Assembly: GCA_910585485.1 (NCBI GenBank)
Contig: CAJUEZ010000003.1
Location: forward strand, 14,105-78,104
Length of the DNA: 64,000 nt
Origin: an uncultured Clostridia bacterium
GTDB lineage: Bacteria; Bacillota; Clostridia; UBA1381
Direction of reading: 5' to 3'
The translations under genes were made by a program, and so were the position numbers. Positions 30,431 through 40,306 of this stretch are shown one piece after another. Positions within the stretch are counted from its first letter, which is position 1; each line of letters starts with the position of its first letter. The notes under the pieces were generated by a model. That model was not told the origin of the DNA and did not search any database. It saw only the letters and a list, made by a program, of their open reading frames with translations.

Positions 30431-30943
30431 ATTAGTAAGAATGATTTACAAATCAACGAGCAAATCCGTGATAACGAAATACGCGTTGTATCGGCTGACG
30501 GAGAGCAGCTTGGTATGATGAGTGCTAAGGAAGCTCAGGACATGGCGTATGAGAAAGGCATGGATCTTGTCAAGATTGCTCCGCAGGCAAAACCGCCTGT
30601 ATGCAAAATCATGGACTACGGAAAATATAAGTTCGAACTTAATAAGCGTGAAAAAGAAAACAGAAAGAACCAAAAGGTTGTAAACATTAAAGAGGTTCAG
30701 CTTTCGCCGTCTATTGATACGAATGATTTCAATACGAAGTGTAACCATGCGATAAAGTTCCTTAATAAGGGCGATAAGGTTAAGGTGATTGTCCGTTTCC
30801 GAGGCAGAGAGGTAAGTCATTCACAGATAGGTTATACCTTACTTGAGAGATTTGCTGAGCAGGCAAAGGAAGCAGGAAATGTAGAGAAGCCTGCTAAGCT
30901 TGAGGGAAGAAACATGACTATGTTTCTCGCTCCTCTATCGTAA
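30431..30943 (+). CDS. infC: Translation initiation factor IF-3 (ATT start)
   Basis: INEQIR, PPVCKIMDYGK and VRFRGRE motifs; AAGGAGG SD followed by in-frame ATT, the known infC start codon. Confidence 0.96.
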   Translation: MSKNDLQINEQIRDNEIRVVSADGEQLGMMSAKEAQDMAYEKGMDLVKIAPQAKPPVCKIMDYGKYKFELNKREKENRKNQKVVNIKEVQLSPSIDTNDFNTKCNHAIKFLNKGDKVKVIVRFRGREVSHSQIGYTLLERFAEQAKEAGNVEKPAKLEGRNMTMFLAPLS

Positions 30944-31036
30944 CATAAGAAAATGGTATTGGGCGTATAATTTTGCCGCCCAACGCTGTGAGGTTATTCT
31001 AAGATAAATTTTAAAATTGGAAGGAGTGTTATAGCT

Positions 31037-31240
31037 ATGCCTAAAACAAAGATAAAGACACACAGAGGCGCTGCTAAGAGATTCAACATTACTAAGAATG
31101 GTAAGGTTAAGATGAACAAGGCGTTCAGAAGACACATTTTGAACAAGAAAACAACAAAGAGAAAGAGACATCTGAGAAAACAGGCTTACTGCTCAAAAGC
31201 AAACGCGGCAGTTATTAAAAAGCTTATTCCTTACAAATAA
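31037..31240 (+). CDS. rpmI: 50S ribosomal protein L35
   Basis: [10 protein letters not shown]; operon position. Confidence 0.97.
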   Translation: MPKTKIKTHRGAAKRFNITKNGKVKMNKAFRRHILNKKTTKRKRHLRKQAYCSKANAAVIKKLIPYK

Positions 31241-31262
31241 TTCGAAAGAGAGGTAGAAACTA

Positions 31263-31616
31263 ATGGCAAGAGTAAAAGGTGCTTTAAATACAAGAAAAAG
31301 ACATAAGAAGATATTGAAGCTTGCTAAAGGCTTCCGCGGAGCGGAGAGCAAGCAGTTCAGAATCGCTAATCAGGCTGTTATGCGTTCAATGCAGAATGCT
31401 TATGTTGGCAGAAAGAGAAGAAAGAGAGATTTCCGTCGTCTTTGGATTACAAGAATCTCAGCCGCATGCAAAATGAACGGCATGAACTATTCAACATTCA
31501 TGAACGGTCTTAAGAAGTCGGGTATCGAGATGAATAGAAAGATGCTTTCTGAAATCGCTATCGCTGACAGCGCTGCTTTCGCAAAACTTGTTGAAACAGC
31601 TAAGTCTGCTCTTTAA
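31263..31616 (+). CDS. rplT: 50S ribosomal protein L20
   Basis: [18 protein letters not shown] and NRKMLSEIA motifs. Confidence 0.98.
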   Translation: MARVKGALNTRKRHKKILKLAKGFRGAESKQFRIANQAVMRSMQNAYVGRKRRKRDFRRLWITRISAACKMNGMNYSTFMNGLKKSGIEMNRKMLSEIAIADSAAFAKLVETAKSAL

Positions 31617-31635
31617 TCTTAGATTAAAAATGTAT

Positions 31636-31674
31636 AAAACTGACGCATAAAAATATGAGCGTCAGTTTTTTTTT
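31636..31674 (+). terminator. Intrinsic terminator
   Basis: AAAACTGACGC...GCGTCAGTTTT plus T-run. Confidence 0.85.
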
Positions 31675-31848
31675 GTGTTGCGATAGTCACAATTTGAAAT
31701 GGCGATTACTTTAATGTCAAATATTTCTTCCTGCGCGGCGGAATTGTAATAAGATGTTATCGCGGTGTCTGTCAGTGTTTAATTCGCATTGACATATTCA
31801 CGCGCGCCGTGATATAATAATTTTAATTCAGATAATCGGAGAAGGAAT

Positions 31849-32304
31849 ATGAATGAAAAATATATGATAGAAGCGATTAGGCAGGCGAAAAAAGCGGCTC
31901 TGATAGGCGAGACACCTGTGGGCGCGGTAATAGTGCAAAATGACAAAATCATATCGCGCGGATATAACAAGCGAGAAACAAAAAAAAACGCGCTTTTGCA
32001 CGCGGAAATATCGGCAATAGATAAGGCATGCAAAAAGTTAGGCGGCTGGAGGCTGCCACACTGCGATATGTACGTGACGCTTGAGCCTTGCCCTATGTGC
32101 GCCGGCGCGATTATAAATTCGCGTATTGAAAATTTATATTTCGGCGCGTTTGATAAAAAATCAGGCTGTGCCGTGTCAGTTACAAACCTTTTTGAAGAAG
32201 GCATGTTTAATCATAACGTTAATGTGACAGGCGGGATTTTGGAAGAGGAATGCGCCGGAATACTTACCGCGTTTTTCCGTGAATTGAGAAGGAAAAAGAA
32301 ATGA
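31849..32304 (+). CDS. tadA: tRNA adenosine(34) deaminase
   Basis: PVGAVIV, HAE and TLEPCPMCAGA motifs. Confidence 0.93.
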   Translation: MNEKYMIEAIRQAKKAALIGETPVGAVIVQNDKIISRGYNKRETKKNALLHAEISAIDKACKKLGGWRLPHCDMYVTLEPCPMCAGAIINSRIENLYFGAFDKKSGCAVSVTNLFEEGMFNHNVNVTGGILEEECAGILTAFFRELRRKKK

Positions 32305-32310
32305 GTTTCT

Positions 32311-33657
32311 CTAACCGAGAAACTCACTTTTTTGTATTGTCTTACGGTAATAAACGGCATAAAATGAACTTGATATTATTGCCGCGATAGTCCAGCCGAT
32401 AGGCCACGACATCCATATACCTATTTCAGAATTCATCATGTATGATAATACATAGGCGAGAATTACTCTGAGCAGTAAATCTGCAAAGGTAGACACCATA
32501 AATTCTTTCATTAGTCCCGCGCCCCTTAGGATTCCGTCAATAGTAAGTTTAACGGCAATCAGGAAGTAGAAAGGCGAGATTATTCTGAGGAATACTTTTC
32601 CCACATCAATAATTGCTGCCTCGTCCGCATTGACAAAAATATTCATCATGCTGTGAGGGAATATGAAGTATGCGCAGATAAACGGCATCGCGACCACGAT
32701 AAGCATAATTATTCCCGCCTTAAAGCCTTGCGATATTCTTATGAGTTTGCCCGCGCCGATGTTTTGCGCGGTATAGCTTGACATGGCATTTCCGAGAGTT
32801 GAAAAACTTGTTATGGCAAAGGTGTTAAGCTTTACCGCGGCGCTGTATCCCGCGATAACTTCATAGCCAAAGCTGTTTACGCGGCTTTGTATAAACAAAT
32901 TTCCGACAGACACAAAACTTTGTTGAAGTATACTGGGCACAGCCACTTTTGATATATTTAAAAGCATTCGTAAAGAAAACTTTTCATATTTATCCGAGCG
33001 GATTTTATGTATTCTTTTCAGCATTACCCAAAAGGCAAGAATGGAAGAGATACCCTGCGCTATAAATGTCGCCCACGCAACACCGGCAACGCCCATGCCC
33101 ATCGGCACGACAAATATTACATCAAGTATAATATTTCCCACAGATGAGGCTATAAGAAAATACAGAGGGGTTTTGCTGTCTCCGAGAGCCGTAAAAACAC
33201 CGGTGCAAATATTATATAGAAACAGAAATATAAGTCCAAAAATATATATGTTGAGATACGTTTTTGAATCTTTCAAAATATCTCCGGGTGTCTGTAAAAG
33301 ATTAAGCATGCTTCCGCAGAACACATATCCAAAAACTGTCAAAATCGCGGCAAGCGCCACTATTGAAATAAGCGAAGTGAAAATCGCTGTTTTAAGCTGC
33401 TTAAAGCTTTTCGCTCCGAATAACTGTGATATAATGACAGCCGCGCCTATATTAGCGCCTGTGGCAATAGCCATGAAAATCATAGTAATCGGATAAGAAG
33501 CGCCCACGGCAGCTAATGCCGAGGCGCCTACAAATTTTCCTGCCACGATACTGTCAACTATATTATAAAGCTGTTGAAATACCACGCTTAAAAGCATGGG
33601 CATTGAAAAACTCCATAATATTTTTGAGGGTTTACCCTCTGTTAAATCAGTAATCAT
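32311..33657 (-). CDS. MATE family efflux transporter
   Basis: QQLYNIVD, GDSKTPL and AQNIGAG motifs; about 12 TMs. Confidence 0.93.
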   Translation of the reverse strand: MITDLTEGKPSKILWSFSMPMLLSVVFQQLYNIVDSIVAGKFVGASALAAVGASYPITMIFMAIATGANIGAAVIISQLFGAKSFKQLKTAIFTSLISIVALAAILTVFGYVFCGSMLNLLQTPGDILKDSKTYLNIYIFGLIFLFLYNICTGVFTALGDSKTPLYFLIASSVGNIILDVIFVVPMGMGVAGVAWATFIAQGISSILAFWVMLKRIHKIRSDKYEKFSLRMLLNISKVAVPSILQQSFVSVGNLFIQSRVNSFGYEVIAGYSAAVKLNTFAITSFSTLGNAMSSYTAQNIGAGKLIRISQGFKAGIIMLIVVAMPFICAYFIFPHSMMNIFVNADEAAIIDVGKVFLRIISPFYFLIAVKLTIDGILRGAGLMKEFMVSTFADLLLRVILAYVLSYMMNSEIGIWMSWPIGWTIAAIISSSFYAVYYRKTIQKSEFLG

Positions 33658-33700
33658 TTCTAACACTTCTTTCTATTTTTCGTTTAACGAATTTGTCAGA

Positions 33701-35119
33701 TTATTCTTTACCATTCCAGCAATATGTACATAATTTACATTCCGGCAGTCCGACAGATTCAATCATATCGTCAAGACGGTGGAAACGAAGTGAGGTGAAG
33801 TTAAGTTCAGCTCGAATCTCCTCAAGCATCTCTTTATAGTTTTGACTATCTGGATTCGCGTAGTCCGCAAGCACTTCACTGCTCACATTGTCACCTTCAC
33901 GCTTTCTTATAACGCGTCTTGCGATAAGGTCAAGTTCTGATTTGGAACGTGAAAAATTAAGATATTTACAACCGAACATAATCGGGGGACAAGCCGGACG
34001 TATATGAACCTCTGTCGCCCCGCTGTCGTATAAAAACTCGGTCGTTTCACGAAGCTGTGTGCCACGCACGATAGAGTCGTCTATTAAAAGCAGGCTCTTG
34101 TCATGAATAAGTTCCTCGACAGGAATCAGTTTCATCTTTGCGATAAGATTTCTCTGTGTCTGATTCGGAGGCATAAATGAGCGAGGCCATGTCGGAGTAT
34201 ATTTAATAAACGGACGCGCGAACGGAATACCCGATTTATTCGCGTATCCGATAGCGTGAGCAATGCCAGAATCGGGAACACCCGCAACTATATCCGGATT
34301 GATGTTGCCGTCCTCATTATCTCGCTCCGCAAGCTTTTCGCCGCAGCGGTAGCGCATATTTTCAACGTTTATACCCTCATAGCATGACGTGGGGTAACCA
34401 TAATAAATCCATAGGAAGGTACATATTTTCATTTCATCGCCCGGCGGTGAAACTGTCTCAACTCCGTCGGGAGTTATAAAGACAATCTCTCCGGGACCGA
34501 GGTTTTTGTAATCGCTGTAACCAAGATTCAGATATGCGAAGCTTTCAAATGACGCGCAGAAGGAATCCTGTTTGTGTCCTATAATTATTGGAGTTCTGCC
34601 CATTTTGTCACGAGCCGCGTACATGCCTTCAGGTGTGAGAACAAGAATTGACATTGAGCCTTTTATAACGCTTTGCGCAAGCTGAATGCCTTTTACTATG
34701 CTATCCTCCTGATTTATAATTGAAGCGACAAGTTCTGTCTGATTAATATTTCCTCCGCTTTGCTCAAGGAAATGCGGGTTACCTTTTTGATAAGCCATTT
34801 CCAAAATCTCATCTGTATTGGAAATGAGTCCGACAGTGGTAATTGCAAAATTACCGAGGTGTGAGCGGACGATAAGAGGCTGAGGCTCGTTATCAGAAAT
34901 ACAGCCTATTCCTGAATTTCCCTCCATTTCATTAACATCACGCTCAAATTTTGTTCTGAAGGGCGAGTTTTCGATGTTATGTATTGCGCGGTTAAAACCG
35001 TTTTCACCGTACACTACCATACCTCCGCGTTTTGTTCCGAGGTGAGAATGATAGTCTATGCCGAAAAATAAATCCAGTACGCAGTTTTTCTTGCTTATTA
35101 CGCCAAATATACCTCCCAT
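33701..35119 (-). CDS. purF: Amidophosphoribosyltransferase paralog lacking the N-terminal catalytic Cys
   Basis: GVPDSG and IDDSIVRGT PRPP motifs and Fe-S cysteines are retained, but the protein starts MGGIFG rather than CGIFG. Confidence 0.85.
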   Translation of the reverse strand: MGGIFGVISKKNCVLDLFFGIDYHSHLGTKRGGMVVYGENGFNRAIHNIENSPFRTKFERDVNEMEGNSGIGCISDNEPQPLIVRSHLGNFAITTVGLISNTDEILEMAYQKGNPHFLEQSGGNINQTELVASIINQEDSIVKGIQLAQSVIKGSMSILVLTPEGMYAARDKMGRTPIIIGHKQDSFCASFESFAYLNLGYSDYKNLGPGEIVFITPDGVETVSPPGDEMKICTFLWIYYGYPTSCYEGINVENMRYRCGEKLAERDNEDGNINPDIVAGVPDSGIAHAIGYANKSGIPFARPFIKYTPTWPRSFMPPNQTQRNLIAKMKLIPVEELIHDKSLLLIDDSIVRGTQLRETTEFLYDSGATEVHIRPACPPIMFGCKYLNFSRSKSELDLIARRVIRKREGDNVSSEVLADYANPDSQNYKEMLEEIRAELNFTSLRFHRLDDMIESVGLPECKLCTYCWNGKE

Positions 35120-35146
35120 ATGCCTGTTCCTTTCTCCTTTGATATT

Positions 35147-36526
35147 TTATTTGATGTCTATAGGATACTTACCGCTGAAGCATCCGTCACAGTAACCACA
35201 GCTTGCGCCGGGGATAATTTTCTTTAATGAGTCTATGCTTAAAAATCCTATACTGTCCGCGCCTATAAGATTTCTTATACCCTCCATGTCATATTTGCAT
35301 GCGACAAGCTGATCGCGCGAGGGTATGTCCGTTCCGAAATAGCACGGCCACATAAACGGAGGAGCCGACGAGCGGACATGAACTTCCTTTGCTCCGAAAT
35401 TACGAAGAAGGCTTACAATTCTTTTTGATGTTGTTCCGCGTACGATTGAATCGTCAACCATAACAACCCGTTTATTTTCAACAGTGCTTTTCAATACATT
35501 AAGTTTAATTCGCACTGAATTTTCACGCATTGCCTGTGAAGGCTGAATAAACGTTCTGCCTATGTACTTGTTCTTAACAAAACCTATGCCGTATGGAATA
35601 ACGGATTCCTCCGCGAATCCCATCGCGGCGCTCAGACCCGAGTCGGGAACACCTATTACTACGTCCGCGTCAGCGGGATATTCGCGCGCGAGATATTTTC
35701 CGGCAAGCATTCTTGAATCATGAACGGATTGTCCTTCAATAACACTGTCGGGACGCGCAAAGTAAAGATATTCAAATATGCACATAGTGTGCGCTTTTTT
35801 GCCGACGTGTGTTTTGATAGATTTAATCTCACCATCTTTAACAACGACTATTTCACCCGGTTCTATGTTTCGGATAAACTTCGCGCCGACAGCGTCAAGA
35901 GCGCAGGTTTCAGACGCGAATATTATCGCTTCGCCGCGCTTTCCCATGCAAAGAGGACGAAATCCCCAGGGGTCGCGGGCGGCAATTAATTTTTGCGGAC
36001 TCATAACAATAAGAGAAAATGAGCCTTTGAGATGACCTATCGTTTTTTCAACAGCGTCTTCAACGCTTTTTGTGTTAAGGCGTTCCTTTGCGATTGTGTA
36101 CGCAATCATTTCAGTGTCGGTGGTGGTCTGAAAAATAGCTCCCGTAACGCTAAGTTCCTTTGCCAAAGTCTCCTTGTTTACGAGATTTCCGTTATGAGCG
36201 ATGGCAAGATTGCCCTTGCTGTAACGAAGTACAAGCGGCTGAGCGTTTTCACGCATGCTTTCGCCGGTGGTGGAGTAACGAACATGTCCCGCCGCCATTG
36301 TGCCGCCAAGCTTTGACAGAATTTCATCGTTGAACACGTCGCTCACAAGTCCCATATCTTTGTAATGAGTTATATTACGATTGTTATTCACCGCGATACC
36401 GCAGCTTTCCTGACCGCGGTGCTGCAGGGCAAAAAGTCCGTAATAAGCGCTTCTCGCGCAGTCACCCTGAGGGTCGTATATGGCAAATATGCCGCATTCT
36501 TCACCGATTTTTCTGTTTTCAAGCAT
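35147..36526 (-). CDS. purF: Amidophosphoribosyltransferase (canonical, with propeptide)
   Basis: EE|CGIF, LQHRGQES, GHVRYST, HNGN and VDDSIVRGTT motifs. Confidence 0.97.
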   Translation of the reverse strand: MLENRKIGEECGIFAIYDPQGDCARSAYYGLFALQHRGQESCGIAVNNNRNITHYKDMGLVSDVFNDEILSKLGGTMAAGHVRYSTTGESMRENAQPLVLRYSKGNLAIAHNGNLVNKETLAKELSVTGAIFQTTTDTEMIAYTIAKERLNTKSVEDAVEKTIGHLKGSFSLIVMSPQKLIAARDPWGFRPLCMGKRGEAIIFASETCALDAVGAKFIRNIEPGEIVVVKDGEIKSIKTHVGKKAHTMCIFEYLYFARPDSVIEGQSVHDSRMLAGKYLAREYPADADVVIGVPDSGLSAAMGFAEESVIPYGIGFVKNKYIGRTFIQPSQAMRENSVRIKLNVLKSTVENKRVVMVDDSIVRGTTSKRIVSLLRNFGAKEVHVRSSAPPFMWPCYFGTDIPSRDQLVACKYDMEGIRNLIGADSIGFLSIDSLKKIIPGASCGYCDGCFSGKYPIDIK

Positions 36527-36648
36527 GATTTTTACACTCCTTCAAATAACAAAACGCCTTTGCTTTGTATAAAAATTTTAATGCTATTATATTATATAAC
36601 TTTTTTATTCAAAATTCAACACTTTTTATGGCAGAAAATTATCTTTAT

Positions 36649-37362
36649 TTAACTCTGTTTTTTAAACTGTTTCACAAATTCTTTATCTTCTTTTGAAATG
36701 CGGTTTGATTCGCGTATTTTACGCACTGCCATATTCTGAGTTGTGGGATTAAGATGATTATCGGCAAGATATGCCATGGTTTTGTCACGGCATTTGGCGG
36801 CGGCGGTGGCGATGAGCCAACCCTGCATCATCTGAACGTAATAAAAGTCGGAGTCAATCGAGTCAACATATTTCAATACGGAGTTGATATATTCATCCGT
36901 CAGATAAAATTCCAAAAGGCATCCGAAGCCAAATCTTACAACCCATGGATTTGTATGATATATAAAATACTCTATATCACGGAAGAACTCTTCAAGGTGT
37001 TTTTTCAATCCCTTGAAAGAGCAAACATCGCAGGTCTCCCAACAGGTGATTTTATCCGCGTATTCTTTGATATATGTGAGCATCTGCTGATAATCGCACT
37101 TTATAAGCGACATGACAAATCCTTCAAGCATTATTTCCTCACGGTATACACCCTTTTCACATTTAAGAAATTCCTCGTAATTACCCTTTGATATTTGTTT
37201 TGCCGTTGTTCTGAGTATAGGCACACGTATTCCAAGTGAAAAATTCGTGCCGGGGACAAGGCTGTCTGTAAACTTTTTGTATTTTTCATCGGCAAGTGAT
37301 TTCAGATACTCCATAAAATCATTATAATCTTTTTGAGTCCAGTGTTCTCTTATAAGTTCCAT
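36649..37362 (-). CDS. DNA alkylation repair protein (AlkD-like HEAT repeat)
   Basis: LGIRVP.LR..AK, I..WETCD and YYVQM..GW motifs. Confidence 0.85.
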   Translation of the reverse strand: MELIREHWTQKDYNDFMEYLKSLADEKYKKFTDSLVPGTNFSLGIRVPILRTTAKQISKGNYEEFLKCEKGVYREEIMLEGFVMSLIKCDYQQMLTYIKEYADKITCWETCDVCSFKGLKKHLEEFFRDIEYFIYHTNPWVVRFGFGCLLEFYLTDEYINSVLKYVDSIDSDFYYVQMMQGWLIATAAAKCRDKTMAYLADNHLNPTTQNMAVRKIRESNRISKEDKEFVKQFKKQS

Positions 37363-37379
37363 AATATACTCCCCCAAGA

Positions 37380-37405
37380 TAAAACCCGCTAAAAAGCGGG
37401 TTTTA
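37380..37405 (-). terminator. Intrinsic terminator after putP
   Basis: AAAACCCGCT-AAAA-AGCGGGTTTT. Confidence 0.8.
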
Positions 37406-37409
37406 CATT

Positions 37410-38948
37410 TTATATATTTGCAGTTTTAACAGATTCAAATTCTTCTATAACTTCCTTAGAAGGAGCTTTGGTCGCAAGAGACACAATGAATATCAGCGCG
37501 AGTGAAACGATAAAACCGGGAACGATTTCATACACTGTGAATATCCATGGAAGGTTTGTGCCCCATATAGCGGCGGGAACATAAGCCCAAAGAAGAGCTA
37601 CGGCTCCGCCTGAGATAACGCCCGCAAGCGCGCCTTTTTCATTACAGCGCTTCCAGAATAAACTGCAAAGAATAATCGGACCAAATGCCGCTCCAAATCC
37701 TGCCCATGCGTGTGAAACAATTTCAAACACTGACGAGTCAGGGTCAATCGCCAGCAGACAAGCGATAATTGCAATTACAACGATTGCTATACGGCTTACG
37801 AGAAGAAGCTTCTTTTCTGATGCCTGCTTGTTAAATAATGTATTGTAAATATCTGACGAGAAAGATGATGAAGCGACAAGAAGCTGTGAGTCCGCCGTTG
37901 ACATAATTGCCGCAAGCACAGCAGCTAAAAGTATTCCGGCGATAACTGTCGGGAACAGGAATTGAATCAGTACCATAAATACGTTTTCACTGTCCTTAAG
38001 CATCATATCAAAGCCTAAAGTACCCTCTGGAAGCTGATGAGCGATTTCCTTAATGAACGGATTAGCAAGGATTCCTATTACAACAGCTAAAGCAAGGCTG
38101 ATAAGAACCCATACCATAGCGATTCTTCTTGCCGGTTTGATTTCTTTTGAAGATTTTATAGCCATAAATCTTGTAAGAATGTGAGGCTGACCGAAATAGC
38201 CCAGTCCCCACGCTATAGCGCCGACAATACCCATAATGCCGAAGCCTTTGCTTGCTCCAAGGCTTATTTCTCCTTGAAGTGACGACCATTCAAAATTAAA
38301 TGAGTTCAGTCCTTTGCACATAAATAGAGCGACTACTATTATCGCGCAGAACATAAGAAGTCCCTGAAAAAGGTCTGTCCAGCATACAGCCTTGAATCCG
38401 CCGAGGAAGGTGTATGCCGTAACGACAACAACGCTCAGTATAAGCGCGGGCATATAGCCTATGCTGAATATATAGTTAAACAGCTTTGCGCCTGCCGCAA
38501 ACATTGACGATGTGTACACTGTGAAGAATATCAGTATAAATATCGCTGAAAATACCTTCAGCACGTTTGATTTTGAATGAAAACGGTTTTGAAGGAAGTC
38601 GGGAATCGTTATTGAGTTTCCCGCGATTTGCGTGTATTTGCGAAGCGGTTTCGCGACAATAAGCCAGTTTAAATATGTGCCAAGCGCAAGACCGATTGCG
38701 GTCCATATTGCGTTTGTTGCTCCGGCTCCGAGCGCGTACGCAGTTCCCGGCAGTCCCATAAGCAGCCAACCACTCATGTCAGACGCTTGCGCACTCATTG
38801 AAGTTACCCACACGTTCATGCCGCGTCCGCCAAGTATGTAGTCTGACTGAGTTGAGTTCTTTTTGTAAAAAACAAATCCAACCATTATCATAGAAATAAG
38901 GTACAGAAGCAGCACAATGCCCTGCACTATGTTGTTTGATGATAACAT
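37410..38948 (-). CDS. putP: Sodium/proline symporter
   Basis: SAQASDMSGWLLMGLPG, WGLGYFGQPHIL and AAIMSTADSQLL motifs. Confidence 0.95.
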   Translation of the reverse strand: MLSSNNIVQGIVLLLYLISMIMVGFVFYKKNSTQSDYILGGRGMNVWVTSMSAQASDMSGWLLMGLPGTAYALGAGATNAIWTAIGLALGTYLNWLIVAKPLRKYTQIAGNSITIPDFLQNRFHSKSNVLKVFSAIFILIFFTVYTSSMFAAGAKLFNYIFSIGYMPALILSVVVVTAYTFLGGFKAVCWTDLFQGLLMFCAIIVVALFMCKGLNSFNFEWSSLQGEISLGASKGFGIMGIVGAIAWGLGYFGQPHILTRFMAIKSSKEIKPARRIAMVWVLISLALAVVIGILANPFIKEIAHQLPEGTLGFDMMLKDSENVFMVLIQFLFPTVIAGILLAAVLAAIMSTADSQLLVASSSFSSDIYNTLFNKQASEKKLLLVSRIAIVVIAIIACLLAIDPDSSVFEIVSHAWAGFGAAFGPIILCSLFWKRCNEKGALAGVISGGAVALLWAYVPAAIWGTNLPWIFTVYEIVPGFIVSLALIFIVSLATKAPSKEVIEEFESVKTANI

Positions 38949-39114
38949 TTTATATACCTCTCTTTTCCAATATTTTGTTTATTGTACCATAAAATCAATC
39001 TCTTTGCAACTCTTAGCAAAAATTATTGAAAATAATAGAATATTATGGTATAATCTCGTGTGGAAAGCAAGATTTTTTGACGTTTGTCTTGTGAGAGGAG
39101 CTTTGATTATAAAC

Positions 39115-40206
39115 ATGAAGATAACAAAAATATTTGAGGGGGAATGTTCCACTTTGCTCGGAATGAACGGCGGCATGGTGGAAAGTCCTGATGGAAGACA
39201 AATTATTTATGCCCGAAAGGCGGATTTGGAAAAGAATGAAACAGAAATTTGGGTGTGCGAAAGAAATCTTTCAAACCATCGGAAAATATATACTGTAAAT
39301 TGCGGTAATCATAATGGACCGTCAGCGACTTTTATAACCGACAGCCTTGTTGTGTTCCGTGACAGTATAAACGCACTGCCGGTATTCCGCATAATGGATA
39401 TAAACACAGGCGAGGTGAAGTATAAAATATGCGCGAAGGAAAGTCATTGCGCTGAAAATATGAAATATCCGTTTTCTGTTTCGGAAGAATTTTTAGATAA
39501 AAATCCCGATTATCCGGAGATTGACTCATGCGGTATTTATATACTTAATGTGCTGAGCGGAAAGATAGAGAAGGCGGCAACCGAAGAGGATATATTAGAT
39601 ATGGTAAGGTCGCATGGACTTGTTCCTAATGAATACACGGCATCTGTGAGCCATGTTCAGCTTAATCCCTCCGGAACAGCGGTTATGATGCGTATAGGAG
39701 TGGAGGATTGTCCGGTGTTCGGAGCGCTTGGCTGTATTGACCTTGAAACGCGCGCAACGCATGTGATTCCCGATAAGCCGGTGCATCAGCTTTGGTTTGA
39801 CGATAACACATATATGGCGACGCGCCAGTTTAATCATGGGAAACATATAGAAATGGAAACAAGCTATATAGCCAGGTTTTCAAAGGACGGGGAAGAGATG
39901 GAAGTGCTCGGCGGAGTGTCTAACCATATGGATGCGAGCGCGGACAGAAGTCTTTTTGCGGGTGACCGCTGTTATCCGGGTTTTGCGCCGAATGTGTATT
40001 TGTATAAGAGAGGCGATAAGAATCCCACTGCCACATTTGAAATACCGCAAAATGAAGAACTTACATGGAAATTGCAGCTTCATCCCAATCCGTCATTTTC
40101 GCGTGACGGTAAAAGATTGTATTTTAACAGACAGTGCGCGGGTGATGAAGGCAAATTTAAGACAGAAGCGGTATTTGCGGATATTTCTGAATTTGCGGTA
40201 AATTAA
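39115..40206 (+). CDS. Beta-propeller protein, oligogalacturonate lyase (PL22)-like
   Basis: SPDGR.I, SHVQLNP and HPNPSFSRDGKRLYFN motifs; ATG after GAGGAG SD; no signal peptide. Confidence 0.6.
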   Translation: MKITKIFEGECSTLLGMNGGMVESPDGRQIIYARKADLEKNETEIWVCERNLSNHRKIYTVNCGNHNGPSATFITDSLVVFRDSINALPVFRIMDINTGEVKYKICAKESHCAENMKYPFSVSEEFLDKNPDYPEIDSCGIYILNVLSGKIEKAATEEDILDMVRSHGLVPNEYTASVSHVQLNPSGTAVMMRIGVEDCPVFGALGCIDLETRATHVIPDKPVHQLWFDDNTYMATRQFNHGKHIEMETSYIARFSKDGEEMEVLGGVSNHMDASADRSLFAGDRCYPGFAPNVYLYKRGDKNPTATFEIPQNEELTWKLQLHPNPSFSRDGKRLYFNRQCAGDEGKFKTEAVFADISEFAVN

Positions 40207-40306
40207 TGTGACTGTGAAAAAATCTTTGCAAAGTAACTTGCAAAAAACGTAATTTTTTGCTATACTGTAAATAATTATTAATTATAATGAAAGAAGTGAC
40301 AATAAG

